In this document: one piece after another, positions 19,079 through 28,484 of the stretch | How positions within the stretch are numbered: position 1 is the stretch's first letter | Layout: each line of letters opens with the position of its first letter | Virus record (IMG/VR): IMGVR_UViG_3300045131_002929 | Location: 1-64,000 of that record | From: a virus | Length of the DNA stretch: 64,000 bases | Reading direction: 5' to 3' (one strand) | Program-made: the position numbers and the translations under genes | Notes under the pieces: generated by a model | Seen by the model: only the letters and a program-made list of their open reading frames with translations | What the model was told of the DNA's origin: nothing | The model's database searches: none

Positions 19079-21334
19079 CTACCCCATAGACTCTACGCTG
19101 TCAGTGTCGCCTAGATCCCCTCCGATGCTGCCTCGCGTCTCGTTCGTGAGCGAGTCGAAGTCCGTCGACTTCTCCTTTAAGAAAAGAATGAGATCGCCGA
19201 GCGTGGCGAACACGCTGCGCAGCGAATCCTCGAGCTTGCTCATAGACTGCGTTCCGAACTGCTCGGCGTACTTGTCGTTGTGCCAGTAGAACAGGAACAG
19301 CATTCTGCCGAGGCGGTCCATCGCCTTCGTCAGATCCTGCAGATACCCGCCGGTGGCCTCGAGCGGTTTGCTGGTGCCCGCCAGCGCCGCGAGGATGGAC
19401 GTGTCCATGACCTCTTTGACGCCCTGGTTGCTGGCGTCCATGGCGGCGTTGAGCGCCTGGGCCGGCATCATCCTGTTCGTAGTCTCCAGCGGGGCCTGCT
19501 CCGTGGACATCCGCGCGCCCGAGCCGGGCTGGTCGCGCTGCAGCTGGTAGAGGCCGGTGCCCGAGTCGCTGGTGTAGTCCTCAGCCATTTTCAACATGTA
19601 GGAAACACTGGCGCCCCTGAACCCGCCGCCCTTCCGCTCGGCCGCCAGCAGGATGGCCTCGGCCTCCTCCTTGCGTATGCCGCAGTCGCGGGCCAGGTGC
19701 AGCATCGCCGCGAGCTTCGAAAGCGAGGGCCTGCCGCCCTTCGGGCTCTCCACGCTGAAGCCGCTGCGGTCGGCGTACACCTTGAGCCGCTTCAGGCCGG
19801 CCTGTTTGCCCATGTGGTAGATCATCACGTCGGAGTCGCCGAGCTGGAAAGGCCGGGCGCCTTCGTACATCTTGTAGTAGACGGTCCCTGTCGGCACTGC
19901 CAGCTCGCCTTTGAACACGCGCAGCTTGCCGTTGGCGCCGGTGAAGCGGATCGTCTTGACGTTGCCGGCGCAGCAGCCGCAGGCCGGCAGTACGTCGCGG
20001 CCGGTCAGGAATCTGGAGCGGTGGTCGGACCCATAGGGCAGATGGACCAGCGCCGCGTCGCCCGAGAGGTCTACGAGCAGGAGCTGCTGGCCTTTCGAGT
20101 CGAGGTAGGCGTCCTTGTCGAACGCCTTGACGTTTTTCAGTTTGTCGTAGGCGGCCTCGGGCAGTCGGGAGCACTGCGTCACGTGAACCTGCTTGGCCGG
20201 GACGCGGTGGTAGCCCTTCTCAGGCTCCGCCGTCGAGATCAGGAACACGTCGTCGGTCGGATGCAGATTGCCGTGCGACGAGCCGCCGCCTTTGACGTTG
20301 GCCCGGAGGATCAGGAAAGCCGCGGTGGTTCCGTCCTGCATCAGCACGTTGTAGATGCCGCTGGCGGCCGGGTTCGTGAAGTTGAAATTGTTGGACTCGG
20401 AGTTGTAGACCTGGGTGGTCTGCCGCCTGGAGTCGCGGATGAGCACGCCCTCGTCGATCAGCTTGGCCTTCTCGTCGTCGGAGAGGCCCGCGACCCGCGG
20501 GTCGTCCACTCCGTTGATGACGTCCAGCCCGCCGGACTGCTCCGACTTGGAGGCGGCTTCCGTCTTTACGTCGCTATCCGGCAAGCCGTCGTCGCGGTGC
20601 TCGCCGCCGCTCGGCTCCGTCTTAAGCATGACCCTCGACTCGCGGACCGGGCCGCCATCCGCCTTGGACGCGCTTACGGCGTACTCGGTCAGGCTGCCGC
20701 GGTTGCCCTTGGACGCCTCTTTGGCTTTCGTCGAGTCAGCCTCGTCGGCGGCCTTGGCCATGGCGCGCAAATCATCCGGGGAGTAATATTTGAGGACGGC
20801 GTTGGCGAAATCGGGCTTGTTCTCCATAGTCCGCGCGAACGTCATGAACGCCTCGGAGCCCAGCTTGCCGAAGCCCTGGATCAGATTGTCGACGGGCTCC
20901 GCCGGCGGGAGCCATCCGCTGTTGCCGGGGGACAGATCGGCCTCCTCGGAGATCTTCTCGTGGGGCGCGAGCATAAGGTGGATGAGATCCGGCTTCTTGG
21001 TCTTGACCTTGGCCCGGTCGACGCCGACGCCGAAACTCTTGATCCGCCCTTTGCGGACTAGGCTGAACCAGCCGTCGTTGAGCGGCGTCATGAGATCCAT
21101 GTCGCGCATGTACATCATCTCCTGGCCCTTGAGCCTGCCTTTGATGAAGAAGGCGGGCACGTAGACCCACATGCCGTCGACGACGAAAGCCATGACTCCG
21201 ACGCCTTTGGTGTCGTCCTCGCTCTTATCGATGAGCTGGAAGCCGACTCGGAACGGGTAGAGCGCGGGAACGCGCTCCTGGAGGCGGGCGTCGGCCAGTT
21301 GGGCGAGCTTCAATTCGAAATTACTGTCGAACAT
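19079..21334 (-). CDS. Large head-module protein of unknown function
   Basis: 751 aa, AGGGG RBS, upstream TATATT element, several KxA motifs. Confidence 0.75.
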   Translation of the reverse strand: MFDSNFELKLAQLADARLQERVPALYPFRVGFQLIDKSEDDTKGVGVMAFVVDGMWVYVPAFFIKGRLKGQEMMYMRDMDLMTPLNDGWFSLVRKGRIKSFGVGVDRAKVKTKKPDLIHLMLAPHEKISEEADLSPGNSGWLPPAEPVDNLIQGFGKLGSEAFMTFARTMENKPDFANAVLKYYSPDDLRAMAKAADEADSTKAKEASKGNRGSLTEYAVSASKADGGPVRESRVMLKTEPSGGEHRDDGLPDSDVKTEAASKSEQSGGLDVINGVDDPRVAGLSDDEKAKLIDEGVLIRDSRRQTTQVYNSESNNFNFTNPAASGIYNVLMQDGTTAAFLILRANVKGGGSSHGNLHPTDDVFLISTAEPEKGYHRVPAKQVHVTQCSRLPEAAYDKLKNVKAFDKDAYLDSKGQQLLLVDLSGDAALVHLPYGSDHRSRFLTGRDVLPACGCCAGNVKTIRFTGANGKLRVFKGELAVPTGTVYYKMYEGARPFQLGDSDVMIYHMGKQAGLKRLKVYADRSGFSVESPKGGRPSLSKLAAMLHLARDCGIRKEEAEAILLAAERKGGGFRGASVSYMLKMAEDYTSDSGTGLYQLQRDQPGSGARMSTEQAPLETTNRMMPAQALNAAMDASNQGVKEVMDTSILAALAGTSKPLEATGGYLQDLTKAMDRLGRMLFLFYWHNDKYAEQFGTQSMSKLEDSLRSVFATLGDLILFLKEKSTDFDSLTNETRGSIGGDLGDTDSVESMG

Positions 21335-21360
21335 TTGATGACCCCTGTGTTTTTTAGCGT

Positions 21361-21534
21361 CTATTTTTGAATATAACGCGGAGAAGATCCCAAAAGCCGC
21401 CGAGCCAGGTAGTCGCGCCCGCTTTTGTCCGCATCCTGGGCTGCCGGCTTGTCTTCGCGCCGCGGGCTGCGCTCGTTCAGGTATTTCACCAACGGGATTA
21501 TGATGTCGTCGGCCAATGGCGCGAGTCCTTCCAT
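21361..21534 (-). CDS. 57-aa ORF missing from the ORF track, coupled to the RNAP gene
   Basis: TGATG overlap with the RNAP stop and GGAGG RBS; MEGLAPLADDIIIPLVKYLNERSPRREDKPAAQDADKSGRDYLARRLLGSSPRYIQK. Confidence 0.65.
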   Translation of the reverse strand: MEGLAPLADDIIIPLVKYLNERSPRREDKPAAQDADKSGRDYLARRLLGSSPRYIQK

Positions 21535-24533
21535 CAGAGCCTCCCGCTGACGATCTTCGGGATGTAGGACGTGCCCGCCGGATCCGAGGTGGAGCCGCGC
21601 GAGGCCGAATCTATCAGCGAGCTTTTGAGATTGAAGCCGCCCAGCCGCGTCTGCCAGTCCGGATCGTCGGTGCCGATGTCCAGCACGCTCGACACGACCG
21701 GCCGGAACTGCGGCGGGTCGGCGTGGGCGAGCACCGTCTTGACTCCGGCCGCCGCCAGCTTTTCAGCCGCCGACTTCGAAACCCTGTCGCCTATGAGCAT
21801 GTGCATATAGGGAGCCTCGAGATACATGCCCGCCGCCTGCCTGGCCGACACTGTCTGCGTGCCCGGCCGCGGCTCCCAGTCCGCGGTGAGCGCCGAATGG
21901 CTGACGACGTCGCCCGGGAAATGGCCGTTCACGCCGTCCAGATCGGTGATCTCCACCCGCGACAGGAACGACTTGGCCATGACCTCCGAATTGCGGCGGT
22001 GGTTGGCCGCCCCGTTCTCCTTCAACGTGGCGGCCAGCAGGCCCACGTAGTACTGGCGCGCTTCGCCCAGTCCTTTGAGCTCCGCTATCCTGGCGGGGTT
22101 CGGTATCCCGGAGGCGAGCGCGTCGCCGGCCTCCACATGGTCGCCTGTCTTTATCTTCAGAGCGGATGTCTGCGGTATGTAGATCTTGTTTTTGCCTATG
22201 GTGGCGTACCAGCCGCCCTGGTCCGCCTTGTCCAGCGAGGCCACCGATCCGTCCTCGGGGGCGAGCGGGGCCCAGTCCGGCGAGCTTTTCGGAACCTGGA
22301 AGATCTGGTTGACGGCTTTGAATCCTTTCGTCTTCTTATCGTCCACGCCCGCCACGCCGCCCGTATGCTTGGAGCTGATGACGGCCTGCGTCATGGGCTC
22401 GGCTATCGCGGCGGCGGAGGTGAGGCCTATGTGGTCGCCTATGGCCGGCAGGTCGCCGGACTCGCGCATGCCCGCGCATTTCGAGCAGACGCCCTCCGGC
22501 ATCCGGCAGGTCACGGCGGACCGGATCACGATCCGGCTGCCCTCCAAAGCAGTCAAATCCCTGGCCGTCAGCACATGGCCCCTGTCGAGTCCGCCTGCGG
22601 GGGCGGCCAGCAGGGCGCCTACGTTGTCCGGGTTCGAGCCGTCGACGGTCATGCCGACGCCGTCCGCGCCGCAGTCGTCGGCCGTAACCACCTCTCTATG
22701 AGCGGCATGCTTCAGCTGCTTGGAGTTGGACACGATGGCCCCGTTAGCCAGCACAAATAAATGGCGGGGGCAGTCCACCTCTATATCGAAAGTCTCAGCC
22801 TCGCCGGCGCACTTCGACCCTTGATACGTGAAAGAGTACGACATATCCCTTGCACTGCCTGTGAAGCCTTCCATCAACATTTTTAGATGGGCCATCTTAC
22901 GACCGCGCATCGGAATCTCATCCAGAAAACGCCTAACGCTGCATGAGTTGGAGACGCAGATGGTATAGACCGGCCTATTTCCGGTTACAGCCACGTCGTA
23001 GCGCCTCATTAGTCTCGTCTTTCCAACCCCAGCGCAGGATTTAATGACAGGCGAGGAATAGATGCCGAACCGCACTTCCATGAGCTCTTTGACTTTACCA
23101 ACCAGTTTCTCAGAAGTCATACCCAGTCTCAGAACAGGCAGCTTCGACAAATTTGAAGGCGTGGCGCACCCGTCAGTCGACCAGATCCCTCCCAGCAGCT
23201 CGGCCACGGACAACTTATCCCAGCCTTCAACGACGTCCGGTATGGTTTTCTCCCAGCTTCTTTTACCAAAAAGACCCAGCTTTTTTAATAGCGATGTGAA
23301 CGCGCTCGGTATGCTTTTTATGCTGCGCCCGTTCGACACATACCCGCTGGGCCCTCCGCACCCGACATAAAATTCTATGTCCGGCGCTTTATACCCAGGC
23401 CTGACTATCCTGGTTAGTGACAAGCCGTGTCTGTCTAGATAAGAATTCAAAAAATCCACGAGAGTGTCGTCCGCGCACGAGAACGTCGCGTTATGTCCGG
23501 ACGTGCATCCGTCTCCGAGCAGCGCGCCTATGAAAAAAGCCAAATCAAAACGCCTTCCATGGTTAGACTCGAACCCGAAAGCAGGTTTCAATGAAAAGTT
23601 CTTCCGTGCGTCACCCAAAGGTCTTACAGCCAAGGGCTTGGAACTGATTTTTCCACGTTTGAACGCAGCCAGGGCTCTATGTTCTGCTGTCGCTACTATG
23701 GAGATGGATTCCCTGCGCGCCGCGCCTTTCCTGAACACGAACTCCTTGACCGCCCTTGTGCCATTGTTGAACTTGGCTGTGACGCGCGTCTCAAAAGCCC
23801 TGCCTGTGGTGTCCGCGCCCATAACCCGATCGCCGACCTCGATATCCCGTATCTTTTTAACGCTGAAGTCGGCCATACGGACCAGCGTGTCGCCGTGCAG
23901 GCATAGGTAGCCCGCGTCAGGTGTGGCCATCTGCAGATCGATCAGACCTTTGCGGGCGCCGTACGCCCCGGCCCAGAACTCGGCGGGCGTGACGCCCTCG
24001 CCGTACCCGTGCAGGCCTGGTATCGGCACCGGCCGCTCTTTATGGTCGACCACCACCATGTCGCCGAAAAGAAGCTGCATGGCCTGCGACAAACTGCCGC
24101 GGGCGCCGATGATGGCGTGGTCTATGAAGGTGTTCTTGTTCATGCCCGTGGCCGTGATCAGGCCCTGCACCTTGGCCATCTCGGGCAGCATCGCCTTGAC
24201 GATCATCTGGCCTTTGTCCTTGGGCGATATCTTGGGGTCCTGGGAGATGGCGCGGACTTTGGCCCGCAGCGCGGTCCTTAGATCGGCCAGCTCCTTAGGC
24301 GGCTCCAGGTCGTCCAGGCCTGGGCTGGCCCTGCCGCCGAAGCTGGATCCGGCCAGCAGCGAGACCCTTTCGACGTTGCGCATGACCTCGGGCCATCGAT
24401 CGGGATCCTCGCGGGCGTACGCGTCGAGCACGGCGTTGAGCTTTTTACTGTCGAAGGGCGCGCTGATGTCTTTGTGGCCGGGCGGCAGCGCCTCGGCCAT
24501 CATCACGCGGCCTATGGTCGTGGTCTCAGCCAT
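21534..24533 (-). CDS. Phage multi-subunit RNA polymerase beta' subunit, C-terminal half, intein-containing
   Basis: TTIGR start; bridge helix GARKGLID..T..AGYL/SKQL; DDCG and C-x6-C-x2-C Zn site; trigger loop IAEPMTQ..SSKHTGG; terminal IVSGRL. No NADFDGD motif. Confidence 0.92.
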   Translation of the reverse strand: MAETTTIGRVMMAEALPPGHKDISAPFDSKKLNAVLDAYAREDPDRWPEVMRNVERVSLLAGSSFGGRASPGLDDLEPPKELADLRTALRAKVRAISQDPKISPKDKGQMIVKAMLPEMAKVQGLITATGMNKNTFIDHAIIGARGSLSQAMQLLFGDMVVVDHKERPVPIPGLHGYGEGVTPAEFWAGAYGARKGLIDLQMATPDAGYLCLHGDTLVRMADFSVKKIRDIEVGDRVMGADTTGRAFETRVTAKFNNGTRAVKEFVFRKGAARRESISIVATAEHRALAAFKRGKISSKPLAVRPLGDARKNFSLKPAFGFESNHGRRFDLAFFIGALLGDGCTSGHNATFSCADDTLVDFLNSYLDRHGLSLTRIVRPGYKAPDIEFYVGCGGPSGYVSNGRSIKSIPSAFTSLLKKLGLFGKRSWEKTIPDVVEGWDKLSVAELLGGIWSTDGCATPSNLSKLPVLRLGMTSEKLVGKVKELMEVRFGIYSSPVIKSCAGVGKTRLMRRYDVAVTGNRPVYTICVSNSCSVRRFLDEIPMRGRKMAHLKMLMEGFTGSARDMSYSFTYQGSKCAGEAETFDIEVDCPRHLFVLANGAIVSNSKQLKHAAHREVVTADDCGADGVGMTVDGSNPDNVGALLAAPAGGLDRGHVLTARDLTALEGSRIVIRSAVTCRMPEGVCSKCAGMRESGDLPAIGDHIGLTSAAAIAEPMTQAVISSKHTGGVAGVDDKKTKGFKAVNQIFQVPKSSPDWAPLAPEDGSVASLDKADQGGWYATIGKNKIYIPQTSALKIKTGDHVEAGDALASGIPNPARIAELKGLGEARQYYVGLLAATLKENGAANHRRNSEVMAKSFLSRVEITDLDGVNGHFPGDVVSHSALTADWEPRPGTQTVSARQAAGMYLEAPYMHMLIGDRVSKSAAEKLAAAGVKTVLAHADPPQFRPVVSSVLDIGTDDPDWQTRLGGFNLKSSLIDSASRGSTSDPAGTSYIPKIVSGRL
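22725..23903 (-). mobile_element. Intein (393 aa) with LAGLIDADG homing endonuclease
   Basis: Starts CLHGDTLVRMAD; block B ATAEHR; FIGALLGDG and LLGGIWSTDG; ends TFDIEV...FVLANGAIVSN with Ser at +1; more AT-rich than the exteins. Confidence 0.92.
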
Positions 24534-24534
24534 C

Positions 24535-24861
24535 TTACTTCTCGCCTATAGGTTTATCCTCTAGGATCATGTCGTGCAGCCTATGCCCCAAAGCGTTGAA
24601 GATGCCTTCGCCTGCCGCGCCTTTGGGGTCGGCGTGGTCGGCCCTACCGCTCTCGTGCCGCACGACCACCACCTTACGGACGGGATCGGGGGCGGCGTCG
24701 TACATGGCCCGCTGAGCCTCCGTGAGCAGCGCGCCGTCCGGCCCGACGAGCCCTGCCGGCGTCCATTTGACGCCGAAGGACTTGAGCTTGTCGGAGACCA
24801 TGGAGCCGCCGTCCACGGCCTCGACCGCGGCCTTGTGCAGCTTTTTATCGAAAAGGGCCAT
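24535..24861 (-). CDS. Hypothetical protein with N-terminal LHKAA
   Basis: 108 aa, coupled to its neighbours. Confidence 0.7.
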   Translation of the reverse strand: MALFDKKLHKAAVEAVDGGSMVSDKLKSFGVKWTPAGLVGPDGALLTEAQRAMYDAAPDPVRKVVVVRHESGRADHADPKGAAGEGIFNALGHRLHDMILEDKPIGEK

Positions 24862-25754
24862 CAGTACCCCCTGTCCACGGCGCGCATCCGGCTCATGGCG
24901 TTCTGGATTCTGGCGGCGGCCGTGGGCGGGCCGCGCTTGAGCGGGCGCAGCGCGGCCTGCACCTGCATGCCAGGCATGGGGGCGCCGGCTGGACCTGGCG
25001 CCGGCATCATCGGCGGGGCGAGCCCTGGCGGGGCCATGCCAGGCGGCGGTATGCCCGCGCCTGGATCCTGCTGGGCCATGGCGTCGAGCGCCTGGGGCGT
25101 GAAAGGCTGCTGGGTCTGGTCGAGCGCGCCTTCGTCAGGCGGCGCGGCGTCGGGCGGCGGGGTGCCGCCGGCCGCCTCCACGTCGGACTGGCCCACGTCG
25201 CCGGGCTTGACGCCGAGCGCGGCCGGGGATATCCCCAGCTGGCCGGCCATCGCGAAAAGCATCCGCTCGATCTCGTCGAGCCTGTCTGAAAGTTCGGCGA
25301 CCGTCGCCTTGCCGGAGCCATCGCTTTTGTTCGACTCATGGGCGTCCAGGATCTTGGGCATCATGTCCATCAGCGCCTCCATGGTGACCGGCGTGCCGCT
25401 CGGCGGCGGGGCGCCTGGGTCCATTCCAGGGGGCGGGCCTGCCGGCGGCGGCGCGCCTGGCGGGGGCGGGGCCATGCTGGGATCCACGCCGGCGCCTAGG
25501 CCCATGCTCTGCAGGATCTGGCTCATGGTGGCGGGGTCGATGGGGCCTTGCGGGCCGACCGGGCCTTGCGGGGTCACCTGGATGCCTTGCTGCTGCAGCG
25601 CCTGCGCCACCTGCGGCGACGCCATCATCTGCATCATGGTGGCCGGGTCCATGGCCGGGGCCGGCGCGGCGGGCGGCGGCGTGGGCGGCATAGGCGAGAA
25701 AGCCACTTTGCGCATCAATCTGGTTGTCAATCTATGAAATCTGGTGTCTTCCAT
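24861..25754 (-). CDS. Pro/Met/Gly-rich disordered protein with N-terminal MRKVA
   Basis: 297 aa, low complexity, short central coiled coil. Confidence 0.75.
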   Translation of the reverse strand: MEDTRFHRLTTRLMRKVAFSPMPPTPPPAAPAPAMDPATMMQMMASPQVAQALQQQGIQVTPQGPVGPQGPIDPATMSQILQSMGLGAGVDPSMAPPPPGAPPPAGPPPGMDPGAPPPSGTPVTMEALMDMMPKILDAHESNKSDGSGKATVAELSDRLDEIERMLFAMAGQLGISPAALGVKPGDVGQSDVEAAGGTPPPDAAPPDEGALDQTQQPFTPQALDAMAQQDPGAGIPPPGMAPPGLAPPMMPAPGPAGAPMPGMQVQAALRPLKRGPPTAAARIQNAMSRMRAVDRGY

Positions 25755-25816
25755 GCTCCGATTCTCCTTTTTATAAAGTAGCCGCCGTGCGTGATAGAGA
25801 AAAACGTAAAATAAAA

Positions 25817-26932
25817 CTATGCCGTCCTAGCCGCGGCACCACTACCGCCTGTCCCTGCCATCCGTATAAGGGCTTTAGCCAAGGCGGCCATCTCCTCGTC
25901 GCTGGAGTCTTCAAAGCGCACATCACTGACAGCCTTCCGTCCATCATTACTACCGGACGCGCGTAGAAGCCTGCTCAATCTACGGACCCCAGCCTCGGTC
26001 GGCACGTCATGTTCAGCCTTGATGGCGTCATTCCTTACAGGCGCAGGCGGAAGCCTACTGACCGCCGTAAGTCCGTCAGGCGCCATTGCCTTCCCTGCAT
26101 TATGCTGGTCTATATTGGCCCCGGCGGCACGCATCCTTAGCGACGGATCGACGCCGCGCCAGTAGGCGGCCCGCGCGTCCGACTCGCGCTGCTGCGGGTT
26201 GTACGCGCTGAGGTAGTCCCGCAGCTGCGACCGGCTGGTCGGCGCGGAATACATTTTATCGTCGACGTTGTCGCTGTCGAGCCAGCGCTGGAACGACCGC
26301 GGGCCGTTCGGCCGGCCTTCGAAGGCGGTCGCCACATCCTTGGCGTAATCCGCGTAGGGCTCGGTCCGCGGCGGGGGCGCCGGCCGGTCGGCGGTCAGCT
26401 GGTTGGCGTTGTTGAGCGTCCGCAGCCTGGTCATCTCGCTGTTGTACCGCTCGTATTCGTCGCGTGACTGCGCCTCGCCGTCCCACCCTAGGAACCTACC
26501 ATCCTTTGACACAGACTGGTTGCCGGCTCTGGCCGCGGGCGACATGAAAGGCGCGGGCTCGCCGGTGCCGTCCCCGGGGTCTTCGTATCTAACCTGCGGG
26601 GCGGGGCCTGGCGGGCCCGCGTAGCCCGCGGCGCGCGCGGCCAGGTCGAAGGCCCGGGCCTTCTGCTCGAAGGTCCGCCCCTGCACGGGCTGCGGCGCGT
26701 TCGGGTCCACGCTGGTTATGCGCGTGGTCTGCCCGCCGCCTTGGCGCCACACCTGCTGGCCGGCGTCGGTGTCCGCCCGGCTCACGTAGTCGTTGCCTTG
26801 CGGGTTGGCCGGGCCGGGGTCCACAAGCGGTGTTTCCTTATCGTTGTTTATCTGCCGCCAAACAGGCGGCTGGGCGGCCGCGGCCGCTTTGCAAAGCTCC
26901 ATGCGCACTTTATCGGAATACACGGCGCCCAT
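25817..26932 (-). CDS. Hypothetical protein with N-terminal LCKAA
   Basis: 371 aa, G-rich RBS. Confidence 0.7.
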   Translation of the reverse strand: MGAVYSDKVRMELCKAAAAAQPPVWRQINNDKETPLVDPGPANPQGNDYVSRADTDAGQQVWRQGGGQTTRITSVDPNAPQPVQGRTFEQKARAFDLAARAAGYAGPPGPAPQVRYEDPGDGTGEPAPFMSPAARAGNQSVSKDGRFLGWDGEAQSRDEYERYNSEMTRLRTLNNANQLTADRPAPPPRTEPYADYAKDVATAFEGRPNGPRSFQRWLDSDNVDDKMYSAPTSRSQLRDYLSAYNPQQRESDARAAYWRGVDPSLRMRAAGANIDQHNAGKAMAPDGLTAVSRLPPAPVRNDAIKAEHDVPTEAGVRRLSRLLRASGSNDGRKAVSDVRFEDSSDEEMAALAKALIRMAGTGGSGAAARTA

Positions 26933-26934
26933 GG

Positions 26935-27297
26935 CTAAGCCCCCCGTACTTTGTTAAGCGCCGCGGACGCGGCCGCGCGGCCCTTGTCGCCGGCCCAGCC
27001 GGACGCGGCCGCGAGGGCCAGCGCCAGGGCGGGCGGAATCGTCAGGCCCGCGCCCAGGCCGAGCGCGCCTTTCGATAAGGCGTCGGCGGCCATGCTGGCC
27101 GTATCCTCCATGAAGCCGTTGCCGGCATAGGCCGGCTCGGCGGTCAGCTTGCCGCGCAGGTAGCCGAACAGCGACTTATTGGCCGCGGCCAGCTCGCCGC
27201 CCAGGCCTTTCGCGGCCGTGGCGGCGCCGGCGGGCAAGCGCGCGGCGGCCTGTTTGACCAGGCGCGCCGTCCGGCTGTCATATTCGCGTGTGTTCAA
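26935..27297 (-). CDS. Ala/Gly-rich protein with hydrophobic C-terminal segment and N-terminal LVKQAA
   Basis: 120 aa, TTG start after a GGGGG RBS; upstream TATATT. Confidence 0.6.
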   Translation of the reverse strand: MNTREYDSRTARLVKQAAARLPAGAATAAKGLGGELAAANKSLFGYLRGKLTAEPAYAGNGFMEDTASMAADALSKGALGLGAGLTIPPALALALAAASGWAGDKGRAAASAALNKVRGA

Positions 27298-27364
27298 ATC
27301 GGCCCCCAGTCTTCAACATGCCGAAAAAAGTAGTGAGCAAGGCTGTGTGTAATATAATGGCGGC

Positions 27365-28234
27365 TCAGCCTGGCGGCGGCTGGGCCGGAATGGCGGCCCA
27401 CTGCCTGGCGTCAAGGCCTGCGGCCGGCTGCGCCTGGCTTGCGACGGAGGCCGTCGGGGCGGCGGCGGGCTTCGGGTCGTGCTTCGCGTGCCACGCTTTT
27501 TGCTGCTCGGCGAAGGCCGCGGCGCCGGCGTCATGGTCGGCCAGCCTTTTGTCATTGGCGGCGGCCCACTCCGCAAGCGCGCCTTTGGACTTGCCGCCAT
27601 TGGACTGCGCCCACGCCGCGTCGAGGTCCTCGGCGGAGCCCGGCCGCGGCCGGGCCGGCTCGGCTTGGGTCGCGGCCGGGGCGGGCTTCGCGGCCTGAAT
27701 GCCGCCCCACTGCCTGGCGTCAAGGCCGTCAAGGCCTGATGCGGCCGGCTCCGGCTTAGGGGCCGCGGCGGCCTGGGCCTGGTTCACGGCCGTCGGCCGC
27801 GGCCAAAGCCGCTCGAACTCCGCGGCGGCCGCCGCCCTGGACTGCGCCAGCGCATTGTCCACTGGCTTGGCGGCCGTCGGCCGCGGCGCCTGCGCCTTCA
27901 TAGGCTGCCTGAAGACGGCGCCGCCCGGATCGAAGCGCGGCGCGGCGCCGTCGAGGTTGTTCTGCCGCATCCGGGCCATGTTGTCGAAGGGGTTGCCCGC
28001 CGTGGCCTTCGGCGCGCTGGCCGGGTCATAGGCGGCGCGCTCGGCCTGCGCCAGACCGGATGCGTAGCCGCCGGCCGCCCGAACGGGCGCGGGGCGGCCG
28101 CGCGCGTCATAGCCTAGCCGGTCGTTGTAAGCCTCGGCCTTGGCCTTGTTGCCGCCGAAGGCGTCCTCGGCCGCCATTTTATCCATAAGTCCGCGGATGG
28201 CCGTCCTAGCCTGCTTTGAAAGTATCGAAGCCAT
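27365..28234 (-). CDS. Ala/Pro-rich protein with N-terminal LSKQA/MDKMAA and a duplicated GLDARQW motif
   Basis: 289 aa; cactgcctggcgtcaaggcc occurs twice (about 27399 and 27708). Confidence 0.7.
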   Translation of the reverse strand: MASILSKQARTAIRGLMDKMAAEDAFGGNKAKAEAYNDRLGYDARGRPAPVRAAGGYASGLAQAERAAYDPASAPKATAGNPFDNMARMRQNNLDGAAPRFDPGGAVFRQPMKAQAPRPTAAKPVDNALAQSRAAAAAEFERLWPRPTAVNQAQAAAAPKPEPAASGLDGLDARQWGGIQAAKPAPAATQAEPARPRPGSAEDLDAAWAQSNGGKSKGALAEWAAANDKRLADHDAGAAAFAEQQKAWHAKHDPKPAAAPTASVASQAQPAAGLDARQWAAIPAQPPPG

Positions 28235-28238
28235 TTCA

Positions 28239-28421
28239 TCACACCATTGTGGATTCGGCCGGGCCCGCCTGCGCGGGCTGCGGCGCGTTCTCGTTCGGGT
28301 TGGGTTTGGCGGCCACGCCCGGGGGCCGCGGTTTGACGCCGGCGCGGCGCGCCGCGAGCCTTAGGTCCGCCAGCGAGCCGGCGGCCTTATCGAACAGATC
28401 CTTGTTGTATAGTTCAACCAT
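28239..28421 (-). CDS. Small protein with FDKAAG
   Basis: Start set at ATG 28421 (MVELYNKDLFDKAAG); TATATT about 20 nt upstream. Confidence 0.6.
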   Translation of the reverse strand: MVELYNKDLFDKAAGSLADLRLAARRAGVKPRPPGVAAKPNPNENAPQPAQAGPAESTMV

Positions 28422-28484
28422 ATGGGGCGCCCTCACTGTGGAATATAGCGCGCCGCCTACTTCAAACCAAACGTGGAGTTCTCT

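Noticed and set aside
5666-21061. Long plus-strand ORFs such as 5666..7207, 12482..13477, 13976..15535 and 19280..21061
   Set aside because: Antisense shadows of well-supported minus-strand genes, expected in GC-rich DNA; no motifs.
19079-21334. 751-aa protein as the portal
   Set aside because: Size and position are compatible, but I recognise no portal motif; left as unknown.
21534-24533. Host rpoC, implying a bacterial chromosome or pseudogene
   Set aside because: Highly divergent, intact, no rpoB or ribosomal-protein context, and surrounded by virion genes.
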